Source of the DNA: Trichodelitschia bisporula
Taxonomy: Eukaryota
DNA: 64,000 nucleotides
Reading direction: 5' to 3'
Assembly: GCA_010356995.1 (NCBI GenBank)
Contig: ML996704.1
Location: 186,001-250,000 of the forward strand
Part shown: positions 36,559 to 49,381 of the stretch, one piece after another
How the letters are laid out: every line of letters starts with the position of its first letter
How positions within the stretch are numbered: the stretch's first letter is position 1
Program-made: the position numbers and the translations under genes
The notes under the pieces: model-generated
What the model was told of the DNA's origin: nothing
Database searches by the model: none
The model's input: only the letters and a program-made list of their open reading frames with translations

Positions 36559-37917
36559 TCATTTATAGGTGCTCCCAATCTCTCCCCACCGGATCTTCGA
36601 AAACGTCACGGCCGCATCTGGCTGCTCCGTCTGAATCTGCGCGGGCCGTCCGCCGGTAGTCGGGCACGGCCCCCGGGCAGCTCCCAGAGCGTTAGGAGGC
36701 GAATCGTTAGGCACAGTCGAGTCCAGCCAATGCATGTACCCTCCAGCATCATGCCAGATGGCCATCGCCAGCACCATTCCACGGCCAAGGGCTTCACCCA
36801 TGACCTTCATCCCGCCCTGCGTCGCAAATGCATTCGGAGCTTTGGCACCCCCTCCGAACAGCTGCTTCTGAGTCGAGCAGTATCCGTCCGTCATCGAGTT
36901 GGCGCCTTCAATCCCCTTGACCGTCGAGGTCGCCTCCGGAATCACCTTTCCGCCCTGCACGTACAGGCGCTTGATTTCGGTCAAGGCACCGCTCTTGGTG
37001 TAGAACTGAGTCACGACGGTGAAAGGCTTGGTTGTGTCCACGGTGTGGTCGGCTCCCTTGCCGTAGAAGCTCTTCGCACCGTTGCGGTAGCCGTTGAAGT
37101 CGCATCCGTCGCGGTCGCAGACGCTGTCTAGCCTGTTCTTGTCCCCGCACAGTTCTCCCTTACAGGCGTACACGCCTGTCTCGTTACAAGGGTGCGGCGT
37201 GAAGGCCGTCGCGGCAGAATTTGCCTCCCAGATATCCATCTCACTGCAACAGGCGCCGAGTGATTGGTCGAGATTTGCCTATTTTGTCAGCCATACTTCG
37301 ATACCACCGGGAGAGCAGCTTACCTTTCCGTGGATGAAGTTCTGCTTGGGGCACTGGGCATCGCAATAGCCAGTACCGTACTTCGCACCCGCCGTATTGC
37401 CCTTGCCCGCATCGCCGGCCATGTCCATCTCCGAGAAGTACAGGGCACCATTAACGCCACAGCCAGCCTTGCTCATATCGACATCGAAGCTGAACTCACG
37501 GTCCAGGAGCTGGAAGTTGGCGTACTTGCCTTCGGCCTCATCGAAGAGGTAGATCCGCGGGCTGGCCAGCTGGGTCTTGCCCTCTTTTACCGTGAAGAGG
37601 TTCATAGTTACTGAATCGGCCTGGGTCTTGATCCCGTACCCGGCATAGTCGACGCCCTCGACGGCACACGACGTTACGCACCCCTCTGGCGAAGAGCAAA
37701 TGCTGGTATTAAATTTCCCGTCGGCCATGCAGTTCGTGTATCCTCCGACATTGTGCAGCCACCGGAAGTTGGAATCGAGTACAATGCTAGTGTTTGCAGG
37801 AACACAGCCGCCCTGAACGGTACAGCGGGACGATGGAAGAGAAGGGTGGCGCTCCGGGGTGTTGGTTCCGGGTTGCTGGGCCGCAACGAGCGACAGGAGA
37901 AGGATTATAGGAAGCAT
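36559..37917 (-). CDS. Secreted GH7 cellulase (endoglucanase-like loops, no CBM1); 2 exons
   Basis: Signal peptide then QQPGT, VLDSNFRW, CGVNGALYF, YGTGYCDAQC, catalytic EMDIWE, CDRDGCDFN. Intron about 37323-37279. Confidence 0.95.
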
Positions 37918-38958
37918 GTTGAACGAGTGGATGCTGCTGGGAGCGGCTGAGAAAAATGAGTGAATACTAGGCTGGCAATCAAGACACTATTCAAAGCATT
38001 GTTCGCAGTGTTTGTCCTTGGCCTGGAATCTGAAAGACCGTCGCGCTTAATGAACTCTGTGTCGGCGACATTCTTTATACAAAGAGTTGTAACACAGCCG
38101 TCGCATATATCTGATTCTGAATTTTCCCGGATACCACTGTCCGCAGCGATGGTGGACGTCCTAGCGAACGGCGGCGGTTTATTTGAAACAGCTCGGCCAG
38201 GTACACGGAGGCGAGTGGATTCAATGCACGCCCGCCCACTTTTGGCTATGCCCTTGCGGGACGGAAAGAGACAGGTAAATTGTGCGGAACAGGAAATCTT
38301 CCGGTTGCTTGAGCTGGTGCATAAAGGAGTGGGAGCGCAGTCCGCATATTACTGTTCCAAGAACCAACAGAGCCTAGATTTGGTTAGCTGCAATCATTAC
38401 ATCTGGGCAAGGCTAGGATGGAGCCTTACTGGGGCACTTGACAAGGGCTGTAAGTCTTCCTGTTGAGAGATGGTAAGCTGTCTAGGAATGAATCGTGAGG
38501 TAAATAGGTGGAAATTTTGGCTGAACTTTGCCCTGATGACACAATGTTAACCCACAATAGAAAAGATAGCTTGATAGGTGAGTCAAAGGTTCTGGTTGAC
38601 GCAAGTCTGAAGAACGATAATTTGGTGTTCGTGTCCTTGAGATGGCCAGACCAGAATCGCCCAATAAGATATGCGCGCTAGCACGGCATGCTCGCCTGCG
38701 GTACCTGCCAAGCCACTGCGGACTCCGGACCATTCAGGTTCTCCGAATGTAGAACATCCAATTCCCACGTACACTTTCTCCCAAGTTCATCCCATCAAGG
38801 TTTGCAACAGGTTATGAGCCTCTAGTATCGCTGCAGTCTTCTGTTGTGCTCGCCATGAACTCTCTACTCTAGGGCGCAATACGGCAAACGAGCAAGCTAT
38901 CGAGGTGAGTTTGAAACCCTCTGAAGACCTATCTGTCGTGGACCAGGCGAACACGTAC

Positions 38959-39794
38959 AACATCATGGCACCACTCACTCTCACACAAAGCAAAGCGGAA
39001 GAAGTGAGCGAACACTTCACGAATATGCATCCAAGCGGGATAGTGCTGGAGAATGAGTCGCAGTGGATGTCCTGGACCTTTCACATCGAAAACTGGGCCG
39101 CTGTCTGGAAGCTTTAGGAGTACCTCCAAGGAAACAACACCATGGACCTCGAACTCCCTTGGAATAAGACGCTTGACGACGCGCTGAAATGGTGGATCTA
39201 TAGGAATATTCCGGACAGCCTGTGTGAACGCCTTGGGTTGGCTCAAATTCAGCCAGCTACAGCGCCTGAGCTGTTTCACGCCATCAAGATCAGCGTAATC
39301 GGGTCAGCAGGGAACTACGCCTTTAACACGTTCAATGCGCTCTTAAACACAAAGCGTAACCGGTTCGGTACCGTCATCGAGTTCTTGGACGCATTTCAAA
39401 TGGCGTACCACCGTTGCCACCGCGCAGGGTGTGCCCTCACGCCTTCCAAGCCATGGTCATAGTCATCGCCGAAATCGAGCAGGATATGCCTAATTTTGCG
39501 ATGGAATACCGCTTCAAATGCAAACAGGCTGACCTCGCCAACCTTACTGGAAAGGACTTCGTGGATTTCATATACCAGATCAAAGACACCGCAACTTTCC
39601 TCAGCAATAGAAGAGGATGTGGTGAGGGGCGGCAAATGCCCTGTGGCGGAAACCATTTGACAAAATATGCCGGAGAATTCTTGTCTGATACCGGAGCTGC
39701 TTATCCACTCAATGGCGCTCATACCCATACGGTAGGTAGATGGGAGCGTTCTCGTCATCCAATCCGCAGGCGTCATTTCCAAAGTGTATCATGA
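38959..39794 (+). mobile_element. Degenerate LTR-retrotransposon (Ty1/copia-like) gag-protease relic
   Basis: 'W.SW...IENWA..WKL*EYLQG' gag-like N-terminus with an in-frame TAG at 39115, a frameshift near 39445, then an aspartic-protease-like 'FLSDTGAAY'. No RT, integrase or LTRs seen. Confidence 0.5.
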
Positions 39795-40194
39795 AAAGTC
39801 TTGCAACTAACGTCGATAAAATCAACTGAATGTGTCTTTATGGGACAGTCATTTGGAGTGTGTATGAACAGTCGTACTGTGATGTGACAATAACGGATCC
39901 GAGAAATCCAAATCCAGACTTGATGTCATCCCCAGTGGGACAAGGGTCCCCAGCCACGCCTTGGCCCTGCTGCGCCTCATTAGGACCCCTCCCGTGTCAT
40001 CAGCGGAAACAGTACAACATCAAACATCCCCACACCGTCCATCTCCGTGTTCCAACTCCGAGCAAAGCAGCTGTTAACTTCCGCTCACGGTCTCCGCCTG
40101 ATATCCTCTCAGATCTCCTAATCACTCCCTCACTGGCGCCTTCCTCAACGCAGCGCTAGAGCGCGCCAGCGCCGGCGCACCACCCGCTGTCGCA

Positions 40195-42231
40195 ATGCAG
40201 TTCCCGAAACTGACCCCCTTACAATCGCGCCTTGTTGCCTGCCTGTGCACTTCGACCCTCTGCGTCTTGGTATACTACCTGCTATCGCCCGCGCCCGCGC
40301 GCTACTTCGCCTACGCTGCCGAGCTAGACTCGCTGCTCAATCAGGACCACAACCACCACCGGATACTGGGGGCGCAAGGCGCGGAGTTGCTGGGCGACAG
40401 TTGGGGCGAAGAGGGGAGCTACGAAGCCGAGTTTGTGGGTGTGAGCCGCTCGCTGATCGGGAGGGCGGACGATGTGCCTCAAGGGCTGAAGAATAATGTG
40501 CCGGAGACATTGAATATCGATCCTGGAGACACCAAGTACTATGTGTTTGAGAAGGCGGACATATTCGGCAAGAAGGGATCCAACAGGAAGGAATTGCCGT
40601 CTAACCTGCCCCCCGACAATCATCGGACAAAGAGGGATGATAGTGAAGGAGAATCTCTGGATGCGGCGGAGCATGCGAACCAGACTTTGGAGAGGCGGCA
40701 GGACACTTCCATACAACAGGTGTACATCTCGATCAACACATGTCTGCAGCCTACGACAAACGCGACCGTCACCGCATACCCGCAGCTCTCTCTTTACATA
40801 TCGACCGTGGATACGAACCAAAAGCCAGGTCCAGGCGCCGATGACAGCTCGCAAACAATGTTCCAGCTGGATGGCGGATACATGAATGTTACCATTAATG
40901 TGACAGACAACGTCTACATTGGAATAGCGGCGCCGAAGCTCGACCTCGGTTTCACTGGCAGCTGGAACTATGAGATTGCGGCGTCGATTGACGCTTTCTT
41001 CATGGACTACTTTGAGACGCCGTTCCTGTGGAAGGTCGACTCGGACTCCAACTCCGCGCTGCTGGCGACAATGAATCTTACCAGTGAGAACGTCCCCCCC
41101 GATAATGTCACGGCGCAAACGAAGATGGAGCACCTGCGCCAGAAATGGATGGGCATCACACCGCCGTTTGAGCTTTTCGTATTCAATCAAAGCGATCCTG
41201 CTGCTCAGGCCCTGAAGCGATCCTACTGCGGCCTCAAGAAAATGAATCTGGGCGCAGGAATCGATACCAACATGACCAGGCGCGGCATGGGCCAAAACCC
41301 GAAACAGCAGTTCCACGTGAAGCAGCTGAAGCCCGGGCAGAAGTATCTTGCGATATTGGGATACAACGGTGTAAAGCAGGAGGATGAGGTCGGCAGCGCT
41401 GGAGGAGGCGGAAGGATATGGGAGACGTTAAGCTTTGAGACTCAAAGAGGTTTGTCCTTCGTGATCTAGTTTCCAACACTAACGTCCGCAGACGGCAACT
41501 GCCGCATCATATTCGACCTGCCCTTCTGCAACGACGTCGCCTACGCCGTGCCCACAAATCCCACCAACGACACACTAAAAGACATGCAAAACCTCGTGAA
41601 CTTCTACGACGAGCACGCCAAAGCGCTGTACCAGAACTTCACCTTCTCCCTCCAGCAAATCCCCTGCGACACAACCTCCTCCGCGCAGTACTCCCTCGTC
41701 TCCAACTGCGAGCAATGTGCCCGGAGCTACAAAACCTGGCTCTGCGCCGTGACCATCCCGCGCTGCACCGATTTCTCCGCCCCCAACTCGTCGACGAAGA
41801 AATATCTCCTCCCGCGCAACGTCATGCAGCCATTCTACAACAACGACTCCCTGGCCGACCTCACAGGGCACTGGAACGACCCCGCCGAGGCCCGCGAGCG
41901 CATGTATCTCAACTCAAGCCGCAACCCGCTGATCGACAGCGTCATCCGCCCGGGGCCCTACAAGGAGCTCCTGCCCTGCCGGCAGCTGTGCTACGACCTC
42001 GTCCGGACTTGTCCTGCGGCGTTGGGGTTCCAGTGCCCTGACCAGGGGTTTATGCTAGATAGGAGTTATGGCGATTTTGATAGGAGTCAGTTTTCGGTTG
42101 ATGTTGTTACGTGTAATTATCCGGGTGTGGATTGGCCGACGTTGAGTGGGGTGGGGAGGGTTCGGGGTGCGGGGGTCGCTGTTGCGGTGGCGGTGGGGTT
42201 GATGGTGATAGCGGTTATGGAGGGGTTGTAG
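40195..42231 (+). CDS. MID1: Calcium channel subunit Mid1; 2 exons
   Basis: N-terminal hydrophobic segment, 'VYISINTCLQP', 'SYCGL', 'PKQQFHV', intron about 41450-41490, Cys-rich 'C...YKTWLCAVTIPRC' and 'YKELLPC..LC..LVR.CPAALGFQCP', hydrophobic tail. Confidence 0.93.
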
Positions 42232-44159
42232 ATGGCTGTTTATGGATGGCGCTTGTGGGCTTTTTTTTGGAGAGGGATGGGTTCTATGACGGGACGGTGT
42301 TGGGTGTCTTTACGGCGGGGATAACGGCTCCGATAGGGTCGACTGCCGTGGTGGCTAGAGTAATGCATATGACAACGTCTACCTCTGTGGGCGATCCCAC
42401 TCGGAGTGTATCACTCTTGTTCAATGGGCATGTCACCGCTTAGAGATGGGAGCGTTGAAAAGAACATGGATTTCCTATCTACAAATCCACCAGCCATCCA
42501 ACCAACCACATAAACCATTCACGCAGCCCCAAGGCCCTCGACGCCGTTGTAATCAATCATTCACACTCACGACATAAATATGGGCACCATTACTCGTAAG
42601 ATGCAGACGCTTCATTGGGTACCACCGCTAAGAACGCTAATATTAAAAAATCCCAAGTAGTAATCATGCGGCATCCCATATCGATTCGACAGCAATAGCC
42701 GTAGAAGCATGCCATGAATTGTCACAGTATGCTGAATGCAACGTGGACGCTGTAGCGGTAAGGTGATAGATGACTAGGGATGGAGAGTGAAGCTCTCCAG
42801 CTAAACTATCTACTGTAGGAGGTGGCCTGTGCGTAGGCTGATGCCAAGCATAGACCACATCCTCCCTGATCTGGCAACTGCTGGATCTCTCACGTGTCCC
42901 ACGTGCCTACCACACTGGCTATCCTGTAACATGAATTCAACCCACGCACCCATCCCCCTCCATCTTTCAATTGATCTGGAGCCCCTCGCCCTTTTATAGT
43001 CGGAATTTCCAGTAGTGGAATCGTCGTTATAACTGTCGAGCAGGACCCGCAGTTCACGCTGGCGAATGTAAGAATCGAGTCGTTAAAGACTGAGGTCCAG
43101 GAGTAGTGTAGTCCGTCGGTGGGAGGCCCGGTAATGCTGTAGAAGAAACTGCTACCCGAAGGAGCTTGGATGCAGCGGTCAAAGGGGTTTGGTGCTTATA
43201 ATAAACCGATATGTGGTTGCACCAGTTTGGTGGATGAGTTGCAGCAAGGTGGGACCGGACTCCTAGGCCTGGCTGGTAGGTAGGCATGTTTGATCCCGCG
43301 GGATATATACGCCCTATCTGATTGACGTAGGTTCAGGCAGCCCGGACAGGAGGCATCGCTCCCGGCATCCGCCCGGTATAAAACGCGGTTTGATCGAGTG
43401 GAAGGAGGGTTGAAGTGATGACGCTCAGTATACCTCTACACGAGGTGCTGGCCTGGGAACTGCTGTCGTTCCGCCTGATGTTGAGAAGCGGCTTCGGTGT
43501 TTGAGCATTGTTTCGCTGCGTCGTGCGTAGCCGGGGACTTGAAGCGCAACATGCTGGAGGAGGCAGGTCCAGCTGGTGAAGGTGCGCGTCCGTTGCTGCG
43601 GGTGGATGCTGAGCAGTCTCGGTGGAAGGATGATACGGTTCCCAAGAGCGCTGAAGCTGCGGTTTGGAGGATGTGGTATAGAGGGCGGTTGTCCAATTCG
43701 AGCGTGTTACTCTGCAACTGAGTGCCGGTGGTTGTAGGTACTGAATACATATCCGCGTTCGAAGGGTGTGCAGAGCGTACGTCGTCGATGGAGGAGTATA
43801 TACGGCTAGCAGCAACGAGCGCCGCGCAGCGTGATCGGGTCCTGGATACCGTACGCGGTTTGTTGCGGCTGGTGGTGACCGCCGAATCCGCGTCATATAG
43901 ACATCGTTCGTTTGTGAGCCCCCGCATCGCAAATCCAGACGCGTAGCAGCGTTGATGAGTACCGAGACCGCTGGCATATCCTCCTAATCGCTCCGGAGCT
44001 CTTCCCGAGCTAGCTTGTCCAGGTAGACGCGCTCGTTATCGTCAAGGGCCTGAGTCCCGGATATACGGCTCGGGAGACCCAACCTCAGGCCGCCTTGATT
44101 GCCGCCTGTGGATGTGTGCTGATGTCGAAGGCGAGAGGTGCCGGGAAACGGGTGACGTC

Positions 44160-44262
44160 GCACCCAGCTTCTGTTCGTAAAGGAGATTGAGCCAGTTGAG
44201 GCCACCGAGTTGATAATCCTTTATAAGGAGGCTGTCGGTCATGAACTGGGGCTTGCCGAGGA
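44160..44262 (-). pseudogene. Isolated fragment of a Fun30/SMARCAD1-like SNF2 ATPase
   Basis: 'KPQFMTDSLLIKDYQLGGLNWLNLLYEQKLG' matches the SNF2 Q-motif region, but the expected ILADxMGLGKT does not follow. Confidence 0.6.
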
Positions 44263-44956
44263 TCTGGAGATTGTCTTCTGCGGCCTTGCTGAAGGCTTCG
44301 AGAGGAAGAGTCTGGGTCGAGATAATATTCACCGCCCCTGGGGAAGGCATTGATATATGACGGAGGAGGAAGGGTATATGAGGGAAGGAGAGGAGTATAT
44401 GGTGAGGTCAGGAGCTTTGTCCTTGGAGGAAGATCGTCTTTAAACCAAGCTGTCTTGGAGTTGTTGAACGCATTCAAGCGCTTTGTTATAAGAGGAGGTA
44501 TAGAAGAGGATGAAGTTGATGAAGAAGAATCCACAGCCAGCATCCCCCGAACTTAAGCACCGTTCCCAGTGACGGGCCCCCGGCTCATTCATTCATCTCC
44601 GTGAGTCAAACTCGAGGGCCTCACGTGTATCCACCCAGTCACTCCTTCCCCGTCCGAAGACCTCACGTGCATTTACCCAGTCGCGCCTTCCCCATCCTCC
44701 CATCAACCGCCCACTCATCGAGCACATCACGTGCGAAAAGCAGATATCACAAAGCACATAAGAACCTCAAATGGAACCGAAGATCTTTTATTCAAGCTAC
44801 CCAAATCATCCATTCTTCCTCCCAAAAGGCCTGTTTTATTGAATGGTACTCAACCAAAGTCCCGCCCTCCGAACCTTCCCCCTCGCTGCCAGGGGATCAA
44901 CGGGTCAGCAGAAGCAGGCGCACCCGTGGCCTGAATAATCTCAGCCTCAGCCCCCC

Positions 44957-45196
44957 CTAAACGCGCTTCCCCCCCCTCGGCGGCTTCGGCTTTGGAAACC
45001 AAGGGTACGGAGGCGGGTGTGGCGGGCCCCCGGGCTTGGGCTTCGGCTTCTCGAGGGCCTTTCCAGACATGGGATACGGATGGCCCGATGACCCGCACTT
45101 CGGCTTCGGCGGCTTCGGCTTCGGCAACCAAGGGTACCGGGGCGGGTGTGGCGGGCCCCACGGGCGGGGTTTCTGTGGAGATTTTCCGGACATGGC
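44957..45196. repeat. Imperfect two-unit direct repeat, open on both strands
   Basis: GGCGGCTTCGGCTT...AACCAAGGGTAC...GGCGGGTGTGGCGGGCCCC at about 44979-45030 and 45108-45159, plus TTTCC(A/G)GACATGG twice. Confidence 0.75.
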
Positions 45197-45566
45197 TTGT
45201 AGCTCAGGAAGCTTAAAGGTGTGCGTGATGGCTGTGGTGGTTGGTTGTGGGGGGAGGAAGCCATACTCGTTTTCCACGGCTTTATACTCAGGGAGATGTG
45301 AGCCGTGAGGTGTGATGGGATGGGGGGCGTGAAGTGGTATATCTATGATGATATGAGGGGTGATGTGTTTAGTGCGAGGACCGGTGGTGAATGGGTACTG
45401 TAGTGGTGATGTCTTCATGGGGGACGGTGAACCTACCCCTGAATCCCCTACCCACCAAAGCCAGCCTCTTCAGCACATACAGCCGACCCGAGTATTAATG
45501 CCCTCAATTCCCATCTATACACTGCCCCCTCACCCTCGCCCAACCCAGACCACCATGCCGCAATGC

Positions 45567-48355
45567 CTAGATATCCTCCCCCTCCCGCTCCTCCTCAACC
45601 TTCTTCCCCCTTCCATCCAAACCCCGAAGCTCAATCCCCCCCTCCCTCGCCCCCATAGCAATAGCCTGCCGCCCCGTCTCACTGCTCTCCAAAAACTCCC
45701 TGAGTTTCTCCTTCACGATCTCCAGCGCCTGACTCCATGCCGCATTCCCCATCCGCAACATCGGGCCCCACAGGTTCAAACTGTACGTGATGTAACTCGC
45801 CGTCGCCGCCAGGATCAAGAGTACAATCAACAGGGGATTGCGCGCCACTGCGACTGTTAGCCTTGCTTCCATTAACACCACCACTTCCGACTCACCAGCA
45901 AAAATCTCATTCTGCCCCAACACCAACATAACCGCCCACATCCACCACGGCGTTTGCGTCACACCCCCCAACGCACCCCTCTTCGCCTCGACATACACCC
46001 CATCCGCCGTCTTGCGGAACCTAGCCGCCACGTCAGCGGCCCGGGCGTCGCCCAGAACAGCCATTTCCTCGGCGATGCTGCCGCCCTCCTCGGCGTCCAC
46101 GCCGCCAATAGGGGGGAGGTCCTCTTCATCGGCCGGCGTGACCGACTTAGGCGGAACGCCAATCCAAGACTCCAGATCCGGAGCCGAACCCGTGGCTTGG
46201 AGGCGGAAGCGCGCGAGCAGCGGGATGAGCGTGAGGGTGTGATCACGTGCACGCGCAAACGCGCCGTCGATATCGTCGCTCGGGCGCCAGATACGCGGGA
46301 CGCCGGCATCATCATACCGGAAGCGGTCCTCGAAGCTACGCGAAGCGCATTAGCATCACCCCGTGCCCCACATACCTAGGAGGGAACTCACTTCTCGCGC
46401 AACTTCAGCAGCAAATTCCCCTCACTAACCTCCTCGTCGATCTTCGCGCGGAGCACGCCCCAACTCTTCCGTCTCAGCCGCCACAGCCCGACGTCCACCT
46501 CCTCAGCCGAGGCGTCGTAGCTGCGTGCACGCTCCGTGAAGCGCGCCTCCGCCTGCTGCACCGTGTCGCGAAACACAGCCCACACACGGTCCCACAGCTC
46601 GCGCTCAACAGCAGGCTTGTCGCCGTGCTCGGGCGCGCCAGATCCACCTCTACCAGAACCCAGGGCATTAAACTCAAGCCCAACCGCTTCACCCAGCCTC
46701 GTCCGCACCCAGCGCTCCACACGCGTAGCCAGACGTCTCATTTCCTCCTTCCTCAGCCCGGAGCCCACCTTCTCCAGCTCCTTCTTAAACATCCCATACT
46801 CATGCACAAAATCGCTCCATGGCGCGCCCTCGACACTCGCCTTCCGCGCCGTCTTCTCGAACCTTGCAAAAGCATCGGCCTTCGCACTCTCCACGATCTG
46901 CGCAAAATCGTACTGCGCGCCTTTCTTCTGCCCCGCTTTGACGGCCTCGGCGACCGCGCGGCTGAACTCCGCGATCCCGGCTGCATGCGCGGCAGCGAGT
47001 TGCCCCTGGAAGAGCGCCTTGAGGCGGCCGTCGATCGTGGCCTCGAGCTCGGCGCGCTTGCGCGTGTACACGCCCTTGTGGTAGCGGCTGGCCTCCAGCT
47101 CAAAGTTCTTGACCACAGCCTTGCGCGCGCTGGTCATCGTGTTGCCGAGATCGGCGATAAGCGCCGGTTTGCCGGCCTCGCGTGCAGAGTCAGCTTGCTC
47201 ACGCTCCAGCGGGGCGACGACCTCGTCAAACTGCACCAGCACCTCGCGGGCGATTTCGTCGCAGCGGAACTGAGCGAGCAATTCCTGCTGCGTGGGGAGG
47301 TCGAGATCCTTGTTGTTGACGATCTGGTCCCAGATGCTCTCGGCGTAGACGGGGAAGCCGTCGGCGGGGATGCGGCGGTGGTATTCGGGGAGCAGGAGCG
47401 GTTGGTCCGCTTCGTCGACCAGGCCGTGCCTTTTCGGGTCCTTGTAGCCTTCTCGGAAGCGGGAACTTAGCTTGTGGACCTCGGCTTCGAATTTCTCGGG
47501 CTGTAGGATCTTGTGCGGCAGCGCAACGAAGGCGAAGTCGAAGTAGTCGTCGATCTTGGAGGATTCGAGGCCTGGCGGCTTAGAGATGGAGGCCCAGAGC
47601 CGGCCAAGGTCGGCGAGCAGTGTGGCGCGCAGGTTGGCTAGTGGAGTGGTGCCGAGGTGGTCGCGGATGACGAAGAAGAGCAGCGAGCGCGGGATGGATC
47701 TGTACGATTAGTCTCGGGCACAGAACTCAATGGCTAGGCAAACGTACTGGTTGTCCTTGACAAACAGCTGCAAATTGACCTCAAACACAGTCTTGAGCAG
47801 CCCCATGTTGGCGCCTTGGTAGAGCCCGACCTGGTGCTCCCAGATGTTGACGATGAGCACTTCGCTCGTGGCCAGAGCGAACAGCGCACTCTTGCGCTCA
47901 AAGTCCTGGTCCTCGCCGCGCTCGCGGCCGTCGGTGCCCTCAACGTCCATGACGAGGATGTTCTCAGCCATACCACGGGCCTCGCGGTCGGCGCCCTCGC
48001 GCTTATTCTTCGACATCCATATGCCCTTTGTAGTCTGGCGGCGCTCGGCCTCGCTCATGACGCCAAAGGAGGTACCAAACAGAAAGTTGAGCAGCGTGGA
48101 CTTGCCCGTCGACTGCGAGCCAAAGACGGAGATGAGGTGGTAGTTGAAGCCGGCGGGGATGATCTTCTCGCGCGCCAGGTAGGTGCCAACATTTGCGTTG
48201 AAGTTCTTGTCCTCGTCGATCAGCTGGATGCCGTGCTCGTAGCTGGCGGCGGTGTCCGCGGCCATGCTCGCGAAGTGGCCGTTCATGTATTTGGCGGGTG
48301 CTGAACCGAAAGAGAGTGGCATGCTGGGCCGGCGGAGCTCTTCGGAGCCTGCCAT
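45567..48355 (-). CDS. SEY1: Atlastin-like ER-fusion GTPase Sey1/RHD3; 4 exons
   Basis: [59 protein letters not shown], and a TM hairpin near the C-terminus. Start could be 48355 or a downstream ATG. Confidence 0.95.
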
Positions 48356-49381
48356 GATGGTAGGAGCGGGTGGGGGAGGGTTAAGGGTGGAGCAAGAGGG
48401 TGTCGTGGAAGGTTGGCGATAGGGTCGGCGCGACGACAGCTACACCATGCTCCGCGCGCCAGCAAGCGCGACGATTAGGAGGGATTGCGGGAGAAGTAGT
48501 TTGTTTGCGCTGGCAGTATGCGGGTAAGGGAGCTCAAGACTAGATACAATTCCAATCTAAGAGATGCTCGTGATTAGGGAGAGAAAGGAGAAGGGCGGGC
48601 GAGAGAGTTGGAGGTTTAGGAGGACGAGACGGGCCGGGCGGGTGACGGAGGCGAATTCCATCATCGGATCCGCCGTGCCAAGTCAAGGCCTCATCTCCTT
48701 CATCTGACAGCAACCAGTTGACTGTGCGACAAACGACGTGGACCACTTGCTTTCTGGCTATGGAGGAGTAGGAGATGTGCTGTTTGCAGCGGAGCCGTTT
48801 GTGATGCCTCTTTGGTCTACACGCGATGCCCTATGCCGCGCTTCGAGGGCGTGCATCTCGTCCCTGCAGTCAAAGAACAGCTCTTTGTCGATACACAGTT
48901 CTCTCCGGCATCTCCATCACGATCATCACTGCGTATATCCCAAGTAACTCGTAGTGAAGCAGCAGCGCAGACTCAATAGCTAGCCCAGCATCACCAGCCT
49001 CTGCCAGGTGTCCATCAACGCCCCGTCAGTATCATCACCAGCTTGTCGTTGCATCTGCCACATTGTCCAAATCAGCCGGCTCTTGATGCCTGATCTCCCC
49101 CAGCACGTGTGCCTTGTCGCCTTCCACCCCCTCAACCTCGTGCTTACTCGTGTGGAGGAGCATCGCCCATAATCACCAACAACCTCATCAACACCCCCCG
49201 AATGCGCCATTTGTTTGAAACTCATATCCACGTCGTGAAGTCCAATTCCTGTCCCAGCTAACTGTCTCTCCCCATCGCAATGGAGCTTCTCTAAGACCAG
49301 CCGGGCATGAATGCCCACCCACCACCCCACGTTTAGCCTATATCAAAAGTGTATATGCATCATTCCCATCCTGCCTTCCCA

